DNA of 64,000 nt from Kiritimatiellia bacterium (GTDB taxonomy: Bacteria > Verrucomicrobiota > Kiritimatiellia > RFP12 > UBA1067). The stretch lies in contig JBMNFY010000001.1 of the NCBI GenBank assembly GCA_050949565.1, positions 96,001 through 160,000 of the forward strand, in the 5' to 3' direction. The notes under the pieces are model-generated. The model ran no database searches, had not been told where the DNA came from, and saw only the letters and a list, made by a program, of their open reading frames with translations. The position numbers and the translations under genes were made by a program. Positions 62,421 to 64,000 of this stretch are shown here, one piece after another (the first letter of the stretch is position 1; each line of letters starts with the position of its first letter).

Positions 62421-63656
62421 CTAGGTCGTCACGAAGCGTTTTTCGAGTTTCGCCGAAGCCCAATCGGCGACCTTCATGGCGACGTAGGCGTTAATGAACG
62501 CGAAAAACGCGCAGGCGCAGGCTGTCGCAAGATGCATCTGCCATGGCGCGTCTGGGTGCGCGTCACGCCAGACGCGTTGCAGAATCGTCATTGGATAGTG
62601 CGTGCAATAGAGAGGAAATGAGTATCGGCCCAGAAAACGGCAAATCGCCGCCAACTTCACATTTCGGATTTCACCGCCGACGCCGAGCAAAAGGACGAGC
62701 GGCATGCCAATGATCACCGCCAGCGCTTCAAACCTGCCGTTAAGGGGATAGCTCGCGGTCAATCCAAGGAATGACAGGATGGCTTTTGAATAAAGCGGGC
62801 CGTTATTCGGTTTGATCGGCCGCATTTCCGGCGCAAAGAAGATGAAGGAGAGAATGGCGATGCAAATCCAAAGCGATGCGTTCCCTGTACGGATTTTCCA
62901 TCCTTTCCGCGCAATCACCATGCCTGCGAGAAGCGGAAAGGTCATTCGCGCCAAGGCCCCCATGTTGCCACTGTGCCACAGATTCTTCCAAGACGCCGGC
63001 CAGTTCCCCCCTCCGCTCCAGCAGGACCAACTCGGGCCGTAGTGAAAACCGCCTGAAAGTAGTCCGAAGTGATAGGTGAAGGCGATCGCCGCCAACGCCA
63101 GCACAAAGAGCATCCAAGTCTTGAGATGCCGTAACACAAGCGCGTAGAGAATGTTGGCAAGATAGATGTAGAACAATGTCCAGAGCGGTCCCTGAAGCGG
63201 GTGAAGAAGACGCCATCCTAAAAGACTCGGCGCAGGAAGCATCGTACAGCACCAAAGCGTCAGCAGGCCGAGTTGCCGGAGGTTAAGGTATGGGGTAGCG
63301 CGCGGGAGAAGATTGACATACTGCTCGGCCGAAAGGAGATAGCAAGCCGCGCCGATGATCGAGCCAATAATAACGAGCGGATGAAGCCGGATGAGGCGGC
63401 GCTTGAAGAAGCTACGGAGCGTCATTCCCTGTTCCCACCGGTGGTCGTATGCATAGACGAGCGTGAATCCGGTGAGGATAAAGAAATACTCCACCGGCAG
63501 ACATCCGTGGGGTATCAGATGCAGGCCATAACGCGGTATATAATTTTCCGAAAAATGAAGGGCGATGACGATCAGCGCGCAGAATCCGCGCAGCGCATCC
63601 AAGACCTCCAGCTTCGGTCGTGAAGTTTTTTGGGTCGAGTTCATGCGATCTTCCAT
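62421..63656 (-). CDS. Acyltransferase-3 (OafA-like) membrane O-acyltransferase
   Basis: LDALRG..A..V...H, VEYFFILTGF, FFKRRLIRLHP, GPLWTL, FLGRYSFPLYCTHYP. Confidence 0.9.
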   Translation of the reverse strand: MEDRMNSTQKTSRPKLEVLDALRGFCALIVIALHFSENYIPRYGLHLIPHGCLPVEYFFILTGFTLVYAYDHRWEQGMTLRSFFKRRLIRLHPLVIIGSIIGAACYLLSAEQYVNLLPRATPYLNLRQLGLLTLWCCTMLPAPSLLGWRLLHPLQGPLWTLFYIYLANILYALVLRHLKTWMLFVLALAAIAFTYHFGLLSGGFHYGPSWSCWSGGGNWPASWKNLWHSGNMGALARMTFPLLAGMVIARKGWKIRTGNASLWICIAILSFIFFAPEMRPIKPNNGPLYSKAILSFLGLTASYPLNGRFEALAVIIGMPLVLLLGVGGEIRNVKLAAICRFLGRYSFPLYCTHYPMTILQRVWRDAHPDAPWQMHLATACACAFFAFINAYVAMKVADWASAKLEKRFVTT

Positions 63657-63816
63657 CCCTCCTCGTTTTCACACATCCACTTCATTGTGTCTCTTCTCTG
63701 TTCGCCCTTTTCGTGCACCTAATCCGAGACAAATTCATTACCGCCCCCACAGTAAGTGTCCATTATGAGGGGAGGGCGGGAACAGTCAACCCTAAACACC
63801 GTTTTTAAAAGCGGCC

Positions 63817-63845
63817 TTGACTTTCAGGGCCAAATTTAGTACAGT
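63817..63845 (+). promoter_or_regulatory. Putative sigma70 promoter
   Basis: TTGACT-N17-TACAGT upstream of a Lys/Ala-rich ORF start. Confidence 0.4.
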
Positions 63846-63937
63846 TGCCCCTCGTTTCTTGCGTATAATAGGTGAGGTCTATCTTGGACCGGTGGACTTT
63901 CGCTGTGATGGTGGAACGTACGAGGAATTAAGACCCG

Positions 63938-64000
63938 ATGGCAGCAACTAAATCAAAAGCAAAAAAAACTGCGGCAACAAAGGCTTCCCCCGCCAAAAAG
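63938..64000 (+). CDS. Start of a protein with Lys/Ala-rich N-terminus (partial)
   Basis: GAGG RBS; MAATKSKAKKTAATKASPAKK runs off the window end. Confidence 0.45.
   Translation, partial: MAATKSKAKKTAATKASPAKK

Overview
GC-rich bacterial chromosomal window, probably from the PVC superphylum (Kiritimatiellota/Lentisphaerota/Verrucomicrobiota-like); the taxonomy is inferred from gene content only. Bases 1-13.8 kb hold a tandem array of secreted surface proteins: three Gly-rich GAGIGGG-repeat paralogues built from 4, 2 and 1 copies of one module, then a BspA-type LRR protein. A four-helix-bundle/Zn-ribbon gene is inserted between paralogues 2 and 3. Housekeeping genes follow (MalK-type ATPase, nadD, rsfS, ECF sigma/anti-sigma, purC, OadA/PycB-like carboxyltransferase, LpxL-like acyltransferase, dapL, uvrB, tRNA-Arg-CCT). 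They are interspersed with small accessory islands (Phd-VapC; ORF6N-Fic; addiction antitoxin-ParE-HTH-HicB remnant), secreted enzymes and a sialidase-like/SSS-transporter glycan locus. The most notable unexplained structures are: (i) the four-helix-bundle gene lies inside a perfect 22-bp inverted repeat of GAGACAA-type heptamers that supply both its start and stop codons, with empty versions of the same hairpin at the neighbouring gene junctions (an IVS-like cassette in an mRNA); (ii) perfect palindromes with compensatory changes sit inside the same motif of an intact and a decayed ORF6N gene; (iii) a dispersed double-hairpin MITE/REP family and several 7-9-nt micro-repeat families mark gene junctions. 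Several frameshifts in secreted-protein genes may be sequencing errors. No CRISPR array, reverse transcriptase, transposase or rRNA was seen.
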